Part shown: positions 1 to 12,100 of the stretch, piece after piece
How the letters are laid out: each line of letters starts with the position of its first letter
Numbering within the stretch: the first letter of the stretch is position 1
Assembly (NCBI GenBank): GCA_002633005.1
Contig: NMRA01000481.1
Span: 124,001-188,000, forward strand
Length of the DNA stretch: 64,000 bases
Direction: 5' to 3'
DNA from: Phoronis australis
Taxonomy: Eukaryota > Animalia > Phoronida
Notes under the pieces: generated by a model
Databases searched by the model: none
Seen by the model: the letters and a program-made list of their open reading frames with translations, nothing else
Told to the model about the DNA's origin: nothing
Program-made: the position numbers and the translations under genes

Positions 1-2197
1 TAAGTCCACAGAGCGGGCCCACATTTGTTCAGTCAGGTGAGAAACCATGTGATGTGGTCGACTGCTGACTTTGAGAAGGGAAATTTCCAACCAACCAGAA
101 TTTATGCAAAAAAGAAAGTCAAAACTGGGACTGGCTAAATGGCTGAATGTTTGAAAAACAAGTTTTGTTTGTTTTCTGTCTAGACTGTCTGGTTAACAAA
201 TAACTTGGTTGTTCCTGCGATACAGCAGACCCAACTGATGGTGACCAATACACCAAATACCTCCAGGTGTTTGCATCGAGGAAAATATTATGGTTTAGAA
301 TTGGTTTGTGATTCAAACTGACTTAGCAAGCATGTGTAAAACCAAGCCGCTAAGCTTCAATAGATTCAAGTTGAACCCAGGTGGTTTCAAATCGATTTAA
401 ATTAAGCCAATTCGCAACTTCTAAAGTGTGAATGTATACTTGAATAGAGTCCACTCCATGGCTAATGAGGATGTGCAGAAACAGGTTCCTGTCGGTTCGT
501 TTATCCAAAATTCACAAACATGATTTAATTTTATTACAGGCTATTGTTTGCTCTTTCGTCATAATCATCGGGTTGCCAAAAGAGCAAACCTCAGACAAAC
601 GGCACAAAAATTTCAGATTGCCCGCCATTTTTATAGGAAGTTTGTGAGATGCAGATCAGGAGTGGACATAGCAGAATTTTCAGCTGAAAGCACAGCATCT
701 AAACCGGTTTATAACGAAAACAGGGTGACATAACGACTTAACCTGATAAGAGCAAATTGTTCCAGAGTAAATCGATCCCCAACGTCCATGTACACAGGAG
801 TATTAGACAATAATCTGGCTTACAATAGGAAATTCTTGTAGCTAAGCAATTCTTGCAATATCTCCACCCAGATGAGACAGCCTAGGCACAAGTAGGTGAA
901 ACCCACCCATTTTCACCATCTCAGGTTTCCATCGAGCTGTCATACATGACTTCGAATGGCCCCCTTCTATAACAAGCAATGCAGAGTGTGGATAGGCGCC
1001 CATAGTTTGCATTGCATACAGTGCAGATACACAGTATGATCACTAACTCTCCCACCAGAGGGAGAAATGGGAGTAAATTTAATGTGTTTCTGGCACTTTG
1101 GTGAATAGAGAGGTGGATGCTAAAAATACACTTAAAATTAGGTACAAATGGCCACCACGTAGTGCAGGATACATCAAACCTGTCACAAAATGGAAGGGCT
1201 TCATCTTCTTAATATGCATTTTCCAAATTTCATGGAAATCCTTAACGAATGTTCTAGAAAAAACTGGCAAATGTAAAAAATAAAAATGCCACTAGAAGGC
1301 ACAGCAAACGTCAGATCCACCACAAAGTCATCCGATCGTCATCACGTTCATAGTAATAATAATAATACATTTGCCAATTTTCACAGCAGTTTTGAAATGG
1401 GTTAAAAAAAGGAGATACAGTCGCACACACAAGGCAGAAGAATGACAGGCAAAGATGACAGCCTTAAAGCAACTAAGGAAACCTGGGACCACCTATAAAT
1501 TCTTGTTGATAATTTCCCTCAATAATCGCTTATACTTCAAAGGAAAAAGAACCCGAAAATCATGGGCTCTGACACACTGGAGGTACACATAAGTATTCAG
1601 ACAAAACTGACCCAGAATTCCCTGTCATGATGGCTGCTCAGAAGCCGAATTCATCGCCACAGTAGTCTTCCCTTATAGAAATAATGAAATTAAATCAAAA
1701 CTTCAAACCAGAATAAACAAGTTTCCGATAGCTTGTATACACCAGGGAAGCAATTAATGAAAAAATTGTTCCGGAACTGTGCCCGTGAGAAATTAAAGAC
1801 AGTTTTTAACAGCCTGATTAGGGTTAAGGGTGTCATCCTAATTTGCAAAACTGCAAAGTTTTTGAGCATTTTTATTAAAGTTTCAATACAGAAAGTTTGA
1901 TGAATGATGGTGAAAGGACTTTTTCCCTATCAATATACCTTTCAAAAGCAACATTCTTTGCCAAAGACACAAGGTCATGTGACCACAAGAATGACACAGT
2001 GTTTTGAATGACAAAAATAGATTTGTCTCAGACACCTAGTTTCAGAAAATAAGGGTTGACAGTAGCTAGTTTAACTTGTGGTAGATATTTCAGCAGTATC
2101 TTAATTGGGGGTACAGGTGAGGTTAAGCATGTTGCAGTTTGCAGATGGTAAGACAAATGGTGAAGTCATTATGCAGCAAATAGATAAGAAAGGATAA

Positions 2198-2297
2198 TGG
2201 TCGGATATAACCTGCTCAAATTTTGAGAACCAGTTTTCTCCACTGAATAACAGGCATCAAACTGGTTCTCAAGATACGGGCACGTTATATCCAACTA
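2198..2297. mobile_element. 100-bp palindromic MITE (copy 1)
   Basis: Arms TGGTCGGATATAACCTGCTCAAATTTTGAGAACCAGTTT / AAACTGGTTCTCAAGATACGGGCACGTTATATCCAACTA are imperfect inverted repeats. A reverse-orientation copy lies at 26994..27093. Confidence 0.8.
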
Positions 2298-3854
2298 TTG
2301 CCCAAGAAAGTAGTTGGGCCTCAGCAGGATGGGTACAACAAGAATCACAGCTGAACCTGACTTGCCGTGACTCTTGACTGCATTACATATCCATAAGCTT
2401 TAGGGTTCCATGGTAACAGATATGTTTCAAATTTAACTTACAGGTACATCTGCAATGGTGTCACGCATCAACATGTACCTTTTCAAAGATATGATTTCCA
2501 GTCTAATGTATGTTAAATTTGTCTGCTGCTTTAGGAACAACAGGGCCATCCTGGATTACCCACAATGCCGCATTATCCATCAAGCACATTTTTGTAGCCT
2601 TATTTTCATGCCATTGGATTCCAAAATATATTTGTTGTTCTCGTATACTTTATAAGTTATTCTCAACTGCATTACTCTATTCGTCCTCCCAAAGCCAATT
2701 AGGTTGCTATGGGTGCTGAACTCCGAAGGGAAAAAGTTGGGTAAACTTGACAAATATCCGTGCAAGTGATGTTGAGTTGACGACATGACTTGTGAAAATA
2801 TGTCGGACATTCACGAAATGAGGTCATTTAAAACAACGCGCTTTCTTACCTACAAAACAGAGTTCACTTTCTAATTTGGGTCAGCCCTATTCCAAAAAAT
2901 CAGTAACTATGACTTTATCCAAAAAAATCTATAAATTTTATCGGAATTCACCATTAAAGTTAAGATTGAATACAGACAATAAGGGCTTGGCATTAAGGAC
3001 TGTCCGATTGACTGGTGCAGCAAAAAATTAGGTGTGATCGTGTGGACAAGATGAATTTCTAACCAGTTGTCGAATGAACAACTTAAAATTTTTCATAGTC
3101 GTGCCCTTAGGTCAATACTCCCTTAAATGCACGCACTAGGATACAAACTACTTTCTATAACCTCTTTGCAACGCACAAGTCACCAAAAAGCTTCCAAGTG
3201 ACTCACTAATGCAATCTGCCGGGGAACCCTACTTCAAGATGCTGGGGCTTCTAAGTCGGTCAATGTCATAATTTAAGGGAAGTTAGCTTGATTTGGCCCT
3301 TGGCCGTAATGACCGCTGCTTGATCACTTCAAAAAAGCCACAAAAAAACACAAAAAATTCAAAGTAAACTAATTAACAGGAGTACACTAACTGTTATACA
3401 CTTAATAATAAATAACAATAATTGCAGTAAATGTTTGACGCTCTCATCTCCTATTACGACCAATGACGACGTAAACATATTTTCAATTCACTGTCTGCTC
3501 CACTCTTTATGTCGAAAAGCAACAACAATGAGCTCACTAACCAAGTTTTTCTCAAGCGTTTTTGCCAGTGCCAGTCCGAAGCTTCCATTAAGTTGTTTAA
3601 ACTACAAAAATTACTTAATCCTTCAAATTTTTGACGAAGATCATTTTGGATTTTTGGAAAAGTTGAATTGAAGTAGAGTTGCTCGAAACTAGTCAAAAAG
3701 TTAATGTCAAGGACTGCCATACGAAGAAGACACAGTCACTTTCTAAGTCTCACTTAAGGGGTCATTCCAAACACAAATGTCAATAGCAATATCTCACACG
3801 ATTACACAAGAGCTTGGCAATCTCATGATACTATTTTGACGTTCAATGACATAA

Positions 3855-3937
3855 GTGCCGTTTACACTACATAAGTTGACACGGATCAGCTGACACGGAA
3901 CGAGTTGTTCCAGAACAAGTATGTGTGTAAACGGCAC
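3855..3937. mobile_element. Small MITE with 13-bp TIRs, PIF/Harbinger-like
   Basis: GTGCCGTTTACAC ... GTGTAAACGGCAC perfect inverted termini, flanked by TAA / TGA. Related ends occur near 6424 and 43220..43587. Confidence 0.55.
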
Positions 3938-4880
3938 TGACAAGGAGCAAATTGACACCGCGGTGACAACTTTTGCCACCCGTTTGTGAGGTAGTCGCAA
4001 TTTGCGCTAGCACATCTTGCTCTGTGTCAATTGTATGTCTAAACGCGAAACTGGGGCAAGGCGGAAAAGATCATCTCTACTGCACTCGTGTGATGACCTA
4101 AATACATTTTCTGTGTCTCTTCAACTCCCGTCATTCGTAAACCCTAGTATGTGCGATTCACTCTCCAGCCTACAACTGCCACAGTTAGTGTGTCGTGCGT
4201 GTAAACCGACCCTCGACACCGATCAATATGCTCCGTGTCAGTTGTGCGGGGCCAAAAGTTGTTGTCTAGACCGGACTAAAAAAACACTGATGCTTTCACC
4301 ACATACACTGTTAGCAAGCTTACCAGATGAAACTGATAAACACGGATTAAGACATGGCATGTAAAATAGGCTTAAGAACGGAAGGTCAAGTATTGGTCTT
4401 TCAGCCACTTTTGATAACAGTTAGTTCTTATTAGTGACCACAAAAAGGTAATACGTCAAATTCGAACACGCTATTATCTAAAAAAACATAGCTACACATG
4501 TTGGCATATGTCCGTATTGATTAAATTGCTTGAAAGTCCTCCAGACAACATCTCTGACAGTAGATCAACTTGTTTTCCTTAGAGAATCATCATCAACTTT
4601 CATACTTTACAGAATCACGTTTTTATGTTTTAGACATTTGCATTATCATCAAAATATTACGTAGTTAATGATTACAAGTAAAAAATTTCCTCGATGTTTT
4701 TTCATATTCTTTAGTTAAACACAACCAAACAAATATGCTTGAATAACCAGGAAATTGCCGACCTCAGCAAAAGCCAGACACATCACTCAAAGTGGCTCAT
4801 TCCACTTGACTAAAGTATCACATGTGCACCTATTCAGGCCCCTGTGCACATACCTGAAAGAAACCTTAACACAAGTATTT

Positions 4881-4916
<36 letters not shown>

Positions 4917-4920
4917 CACA
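4881..4920. repeat. Compound (CA)n(TA)n microsatellite
   Basis: cacacacacacacatatatatatatatatatatatacaca. Confidence 0.95.
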
Positions 4921-6423
4921 TGCACGTAAACTTCACACAGCCACTGAGGCAGCATCCCTTGTATTAATGCGCCTTACCAGCCAAAACTTATCAGACAAAA
5001 TTCATCACCCGGAATAACTCGCCATGACAGCTGGTCAGAAGCGAACTTATCATCTAAGCTAGCCCCTCATGACCGAGAATGATGTAGAATTAACAGGAAA
5101 GTTAGTAAGGAGGCTAAACCATTCTGTTATTAGAATTTGCTGTTAACAAAATAAGCCATCTCGATGTGAAATTTGTATTTTGTTCGATTACTTTCGTCTT
5201 GCACTGTACATGTATTAAACTGAGACTCGATTCCCGAGAGGGCTTTATTCATTCTCAATACTTCTCATTTACAGCTGGAATTTGCCCTGTTCAGAAGATC
5301 AATTTAACCCAATCCTTTAATTCTCATAAAATCGGTCATATTTAAGAGAAACCAGCTTGCCAAATTTCAAGGGACACAACGGTAGACGGATTCATCCGAA
5401 AGTCGTCACAATCCACAGTCACTTTCATAAAAATACACTTGCAAATTAAATAAAAGTTCCCCCAAGGGGTTCATGAGAAACACTTTGAGTTTGCAAAGCA
5501 ATTACTTTGTTATGATCATAGCTTATTCATACTCGCACCAAAAATCACAATACAGTAGATACGTGACTTCAGTAACAAAGAGCTCAATCATTGTATTCCG
5601 TCATACTGCTGAAGTTTTCTATGGCATCACCAGATGTTGACGAGATGACAACCGTCCCCATAATGCATTTCAAAAACGACATCAGCGCTGGTAATTTAGT
5701 AAATTTTGCCCCGCTCACACGTTTGAGCCCCTTAGGGATAATTGAGGCATAGATATAATTTTCCAAAATGACAGAAGTTGTATCACATCATGTGGTGATC
5801 TGCTGCAGCAACAAGCCACCACAGATAACTGGAATAACCAGTGACTTGAAACCTTGACCTTGACACTGGATAATGATACATCAACCCAGATATCGCAATA
5901 CACTGTCCTGTGCTAAGGACAGACCTGCACACACGCAATATTTTAAACAAGCGTCTTGGCAAACTCAGGAGAGCCGGAATCGTTCAACAATGTACTTTTC
6001 AAGACACCCACGAAAATAATACATTACAATTTGTTGCCATAGAAACTATCAAATCCTACTACACACTAAAGTCATTGAAAAATTACAATCGATCTGTTAG
6101 AATGATTATGAGTGTACATTATACACAGTGATTTCCTTTACGTCATAATGCTTCTGTCACCACCCACATTTTTCAACACAAACTTCAATAATATGCTTAC
6201 GGTACTCATTGGTACTCATTTTAGGATTCCCGACTGCTAGCTGTCTGCGAGACAGTTCACAAACCATCAATAGGCTTTCACACTAACAAACACACAGGCA
6301 CAAGTCAAATTTGAAAAAATTTGTAAATGAGAGTGTTTGAAACGACCAAAAACCAGTCCTTAGACAAAATTATAACTTTTGACTTCTGCCACTTAACCAA
6401 TACTTACTTTGGATTATGGGTCA

Positions 6424-6694
6424 GTGCCATCCACACAGACTTACCCAAGAACAAGTTAAACTTCTAGAACGAGTTGTTACTAGGTTTGAGGGCAGTGTGA
6501 ACGCTATTTAAACAACTTCAACCAACCCGATTGTGACAACTTCTTCCATATTGTCGAGGGGGGCCCGCTAACTTGTTCTAGAGTAGCTTACAGCACTTCT
6601 AATCACTGTGTGGTCGCAAACCTGGGGCAAGGTGGAAGTAGTTATCTACTGTGGTCACAAACAGATGAGTCTTCTTTTACGCATTTTGTGACAC
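6424..6694. mobile_element. Dispersed repeat family member (MITE-like)
   Basis: Shares TAGGTTTG..GCTATTTAAAC..TTGTGACAA..CTGTGTGG..GCAAACCTGGGGCA.GG.GGAAGTA.TTATC with 36197..36370. The ACTGGGGCAAGGCGGAA core also occurs near 4050. Confidence 0.65.
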
Positions 6695-7089
6695 TAGGCT
6701 CAGTATTACCAAGCCACTTAAATGTTACAATGAATAACAATAGTGTTAAATAACGACCATTGTGTAAAAAGCAAACTAACAACAAGGCAAGAACCCTTGA
6801 CCGAAACCATTGAAATACGTGTATTTCATGAGCTAACAACAGCAAACAATGCATGACTACATTCACCCCTGCCAAGAGCAAGGCAGAAGGAAATCACAGA
6901 TTATTGAAATAACAGGGATGAGCTACTGGAGGGCAACAAGTCATGTTGAGCATAGCTTGTCAATTAACCTCAACTGGATGTTACATGGGTGACCACAGTG
7001 AGATAAATATGGATATCCCACAATGCCCAGTTGAGGGGGGTACAAAGCCTCTGATTACAACTGAATGAGAGAACAGTCTTGATTGACTG

Positions 7090-7700
7090 GCATAGTGTTG
7101 TAGGCACACAGCCACTGATGGGCAGTGATGCTGGCAGTGGCCACTCATGGACACAGTATTATGGGGGCACACAACCACTGAGGGGAGTAGTAATGTGGGC
7201 ATACAGCCATTGATGGGCACAGTGATGCTGGCACATGGCCACTCATGGACACAGTATTATGGGGGCACACAACCACTGAGGGGAGTAGTAATGTGGGCAT
7301 ACAGCCATTGATGGGCACAGTAATGTGTACACAAAACCACCGATGGACACAGTAATGTGGACACATGGCCAGACTCATGGACACAGTAATGTAGGCACAC
7401 AACCACTGATGGGCCTTAAAGTAATGCAGGCATATAGCCATTGATGGGAACGCTATACACAGCAGTTATTTTTTTTGGCTTAAGTAAGCACCCCGAAATT
7501 GGAACACACTACTGAGAATGTCCACACGTATGGTCAGACTCGTGGACACACTGATGTAGGCACACAACCACTGATGGTCCTAGTAATGTGGGCATACAGC
7601 CATTGATAGGAACACTATACACAGCAGTTATTTTTTGGCTAAAATGGGCACCACTAAGTTGGAACACACTACAGAGAATGTCCACATGTATGGACACTGA
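7090..7700. repeat. Degenerate ~30-bp minisatellite with higher-order duplications
   Basis: Recurrent unit like GGCACACAACCACTGATGGGCACAGTAATGT. A ~98-bp block repeats at 7138 and 7236, and a ~165-bp block at ~7391 and ~7556. Confidence 0.9.
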
Positions 7701-9045
7701 GTTAAATGAAGAATAGTTGATATGCAATTCAACATATTGTAATAGGACAAAAATAAAAATGACCAAATTGTTGAAAGTAAACAAGTGCATTGACTCTGAA
7801 CCACATTTTGGCTAGTACTGTAAACTCAATTTGTATGATGTTCATAATGAATGTTGCTATGAGTTCGATTTATGCGTTAAATAATTTCACAAGATGAAAT
7901 GATATGAAGCCGAATCATAGATAACAAAATGGGTTTGCGTCACGCATATATGAATTTACAAAATCTAAAAACTTTGTCACAAACGTTCTCTAAATTGTCA
8001 CATTGTGGATAGAGCCTTGCATTCGATTATTCCGCAAGGAGATTATGCACAAATCTTCTCTCATTAACATTTCGACAAAGGTGAACAGTGCCGAGCATGC
8101 TGTGTAGAAGGCGAAGTGAAAATGTCAAGAAAAATGTCTTGAAATGGTATGATGTCAAGTTCGAGAGAGGAGCTACAAGTACGCGAGTGAGTCACGTAAC
8201 TAGTGATATGACTCTCTAAACAACTCTGTGTGTGACTTTTGGGCAAAAGTTCACGCACTCCGAATGCCGCATACAACCCAGTATGCCAGTAGCACACTCC
8301 GATTAGTCAAACATGACAGAATGTATGCGGATATTGAAAACCTTAATAGCTTGAACATGAAAATTGTTAAACAAAACACCAGGAGGTTTTTCCAGACAGG
8401 GATCAGGCCTTGTTACTCCCAATTAGCATTTAGGCAAGTACACTTACTTTTCAAAACCCACCAATAGTGCACAAACACCTGACAACTGGATAGTAAATCA
8501 ACAACGAGATTTAAACCTTTAATCCAAGCCAACTTGAATTAATCAGAAAACAATTGGCGTAATTGGACATCTATGGATGCTTCATTAGCAAACTGTCACA
8601 ATGACGGCTGTTAATTATGATACATTGTTTGTTTGAAAGAACGATCAATCAGGTGAAACAAAATGTGATGAGATAAACATCAGTCAGTGGACCGTCTGGA
8701 CCTGTTGATCAGAGAGAACACAAACTCAGAAAAGCAAAACCACAAAACTGGAGACAGGCAGGCAAAAACAGAAACTGAAATGAAACCTGTTCAAACTAAT
8801 TTGGGTCAGACATTAGCGCCTTCATCATGGTAGGATCTGATGTCTGCCTTGAAGTCATATTTCTACCCTGTTCACATGCAGGAAAAAAATCCTATTTTTA
8901 AACTAAGAAACAACTGGCTAAAAACCTGCTTCTATGAAAAATAGCAATTCTTTTATTTTACTATGTACGACGCATAGAACCCTAGTCTTCAAAGCACTAG
9001 AGTTCTATGGTATGAGGTCATACCCGCAAAAGGCATGTTGGGCAA

Positions 9046-9135
9046 TGCACGACCCACGAGTACTCCCGTTGAAGATGTATATGCCACGTGCACGACCCAC
9101 GAGTACTCCCGTTGAAGATGTATATGCCACGTGCA
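9046..9135. repeat. Perfect 43-bp tandem duplication
   Basis: TGCACGACCCACGAGTACTCCCGTTGAAGATGTATATGCCACG at 9046 and 9089, followed by TGCA. Confidence 0.95.
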
Positions 9136-12100
9136 GCTCAGGTGGAAGACTTTCATGATCAGGGTGCAACGAAAAGGTGCCTCTTCGAAAAAATTTATGA
9201 TAAAAGGGTGGGTATCTCTTCTGATTTAATTCCCTTCAAAACATTCACATTAGAAGTTCCTTTTTCAACAACAGATTTTTGTGCAAAAATGCACCTATTT
9301 TCGATAAAATGGCCATATTATCTCTTCTTGGACTTGCAGTTTTTGTGGGTTAAAAAGCTGTTAGGTATCGCTACAAACGGAGTAGGTTTATGGAATTAAC
9401 GTTTGCAAAAGGATGGTTGTCGTTTCTGGAACGGAAGGAAATGAAAACAAAACGAAACTATGACTCATTCATGGACGCTCCTACAGATGGGTTCACTTTC
9501 TAAATGGGGTTATCCTAATTTTCCAGCTGTAGCGTCCAATTACAGTCGAACTTCCCAGGATGGACAGTTACTTTTAATCTCCCAAACGGAGGATTCAGTA
9601 AACGCCCAGAGATATTTATGTTGAACTTGTGTGCAGAAAGAAAAAATATCGCTAACATTTTAAGCCTGGTCAGCATGCCACCTGTGGCCACATAAGTTCA
9701 AGAATTACATATTTATAAAGAAAAAATAATAGTAGAAGAAAATGGGTATCTTCCCATTGATACGATGGCACTGAAGTTCTGACGGTTACTCAAAGGACAA
9801 CGAGTTCCATGTTTTCAAAAGTACTGGGTGAGACAGCTTTTACAAAAACACTGACACTTTTAAGGAATTCTCGATTGCTTCAGTGAGAGACTTTATGGGG
9901 CTGATCACACCTGACCAGGGACTCCTTATTGCTGCCTACCTGTACCAGCAGTTACTTAATGTCTTCACAGCGAGTGGTATGGGGGAATGGTTTACCTTCG
10001 TGAAAAGACCCTTTTACAATGTAGTGATTAGTGATGTGTTTTACACAAAAGTTATACAGCACCTCCTCGTCCTCTAGAGGTCACTGGTATCTGGTCCCGC
10101 GACCAGTTGCCATAATGCTATTTGAAAGTCTCCCATCAGAGGTTCATGAGACAACTCCTACACTTGGGGTTTTGTTACCCCAACAGCTAAGTGAGCCTGT
10201 GGTTAACCCATCCTAATATTGATAAACAAATTAATGCAACTGGCTTAGGGGTGATTGTGGAGAAAACCTATTCGGTAATTCTTCTTATAAAGATCCGATT
10301 TTAAAAATTCAAAGACGGCTACAATTTACTTTTCAATTTTTAAAATAGTCATGTTGATCTTTAGCCTTAATTATTGTTCATTTTTTACTTTGAAACCCAA
10401 ACACTAGACAAGCATATTGGTTTATGACCTCAACTATCTCATCCAGCCCATGAATAGCGACTAGCTTACTTCAATCTGTGATGGCGCCATCAAACCTTTG
10501 ATGTGCCAAAGAATTTGCTGGACACTCTAGGGTAAACAGTGCCCACTTTCTTGTCCACATGCATGCAAATTTTGTTAGCGTAAGATTTGCCTAATGTGGG
10601 CGTTTACAAGCAAAAATATGGAAATTTTGGAGGTGGGAGTTAAGCCGAACAGGGCCGTTAATCCAGACATCTAAAGAATATGAATTTGACTAAAACATAT
10701 CTGATCTCTTTCTTGGCTTGCCTTCAGGGCTTGGATTTGGGGTAAATACCGTAGTATGCATTTTTCAGAAGGTTGCAAATCATTGGGGTTGTTTACACAC
10801 AATATGCGGGTTTTTGAAATAGACATTAGGTCAGTGGTAGTTCTTTGTGAACCCTTGCCTGCTCCTGTCCTGGTAGGCCTGTGTAAGGTAAACACAGCTT
10901 GACAAATGGGTTATGGTCTTGGCTAAGAATATAATTGTTTTATTGCCCCCTGTGACTTTTGAATAGCCTAGCCTAGAATGTGTCAGTGGGCCTAACTGTA
11001 TCTGCATATCTCTCAGTTTTCTCATTTTGTCTATCTGTCCGTCTATCTGCCAGTTTTCTCATTTGTCTCTCAGTCAGTCAAACCTATTTCACTATGATAT
11101 ACTGTTAGCAACTTCTCCAACATTTTTTCCAGGAAGATGAAGGTCTTCAATAAATACCATTTGTAATAAATATCTGAGCATTTAATTAAAGAAACTATCA
11201 CTCTACACCCCAGGAAATAACAACCATAAAAGGACACTGATGTTGCAGTGCACTGGGGGGTGACTCCTCCTGGGCTCTGAAGTTAGCCAGCTGGCTATGT
11301 AATGTGCACTGAGAAAACACAACATCAGGATGGTGTCACTTCAAAGAGACTATATTGAAAACCCATTACGTAATGAACCCCAAGAGTCTTCCTAATGAAA
11401 CACCCAGGACTTGAAACTCACTTACAGGAACTTCACTCAGCAAGCAGTTGTAAAATTGCATAATGTTATTTTCTTAGGCAGATGTCATAACAAACATGTC
11501 TACAACTGAGAGATAAGGGAAGTGGGGCAGGAAAGCTGGAATAGCTGTTAGTTACATTACACAATTACACAACGACCAACCTCAACTCAGGGGTGTTCAC
11601 AATTGACAGAACACTGTGAAAAACAAGCTTATTCAATTAATTTCCAACAATGAAGAATTTCTTCCGCCAAAACATCAACAAAACTGTCAGACAGCGTAGC
11701 CAGTTTCTATCCAACTAAAGGTAAAAAATGTTTTCAGAGCATAATGACTCCCGTACACCCAAGTAAAACATGCCAGTGTAAGGAGTTGAGCTGTTAATGG
11801 AGTTAACAAAGCTTACAGGACATCAAGTTGTAAGGGCCTTAAGTCATACCAAAGGTATTTCACAGTATGGCCTTAAAAACAGGAAAAGAACTAGCATGAA
11901 CCAAGAAAGTATTGGACGTGTCAAATTAAGACTTCTTCGGCCAAAACCCAATTCACTTCACCAACATGTCAAGACAGGCTTCGGGGGGGGGGGGGGGGNA
12001 CAAGTGTGACAGGCCTTTCAAAAACAATTGATCCAGTTGTAAGGCATTAAGTTCATATCAAATGTGTAAACATGCAAACATGGCTGAGTGTATAATAGCT

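Noticed and set aside
6981-7790. Cys/His-rich ORFs suggesting zinc fingers
   Set aside because: They derive from the CA/TG-rich minisatellite and show no regular C2H2 spacing.
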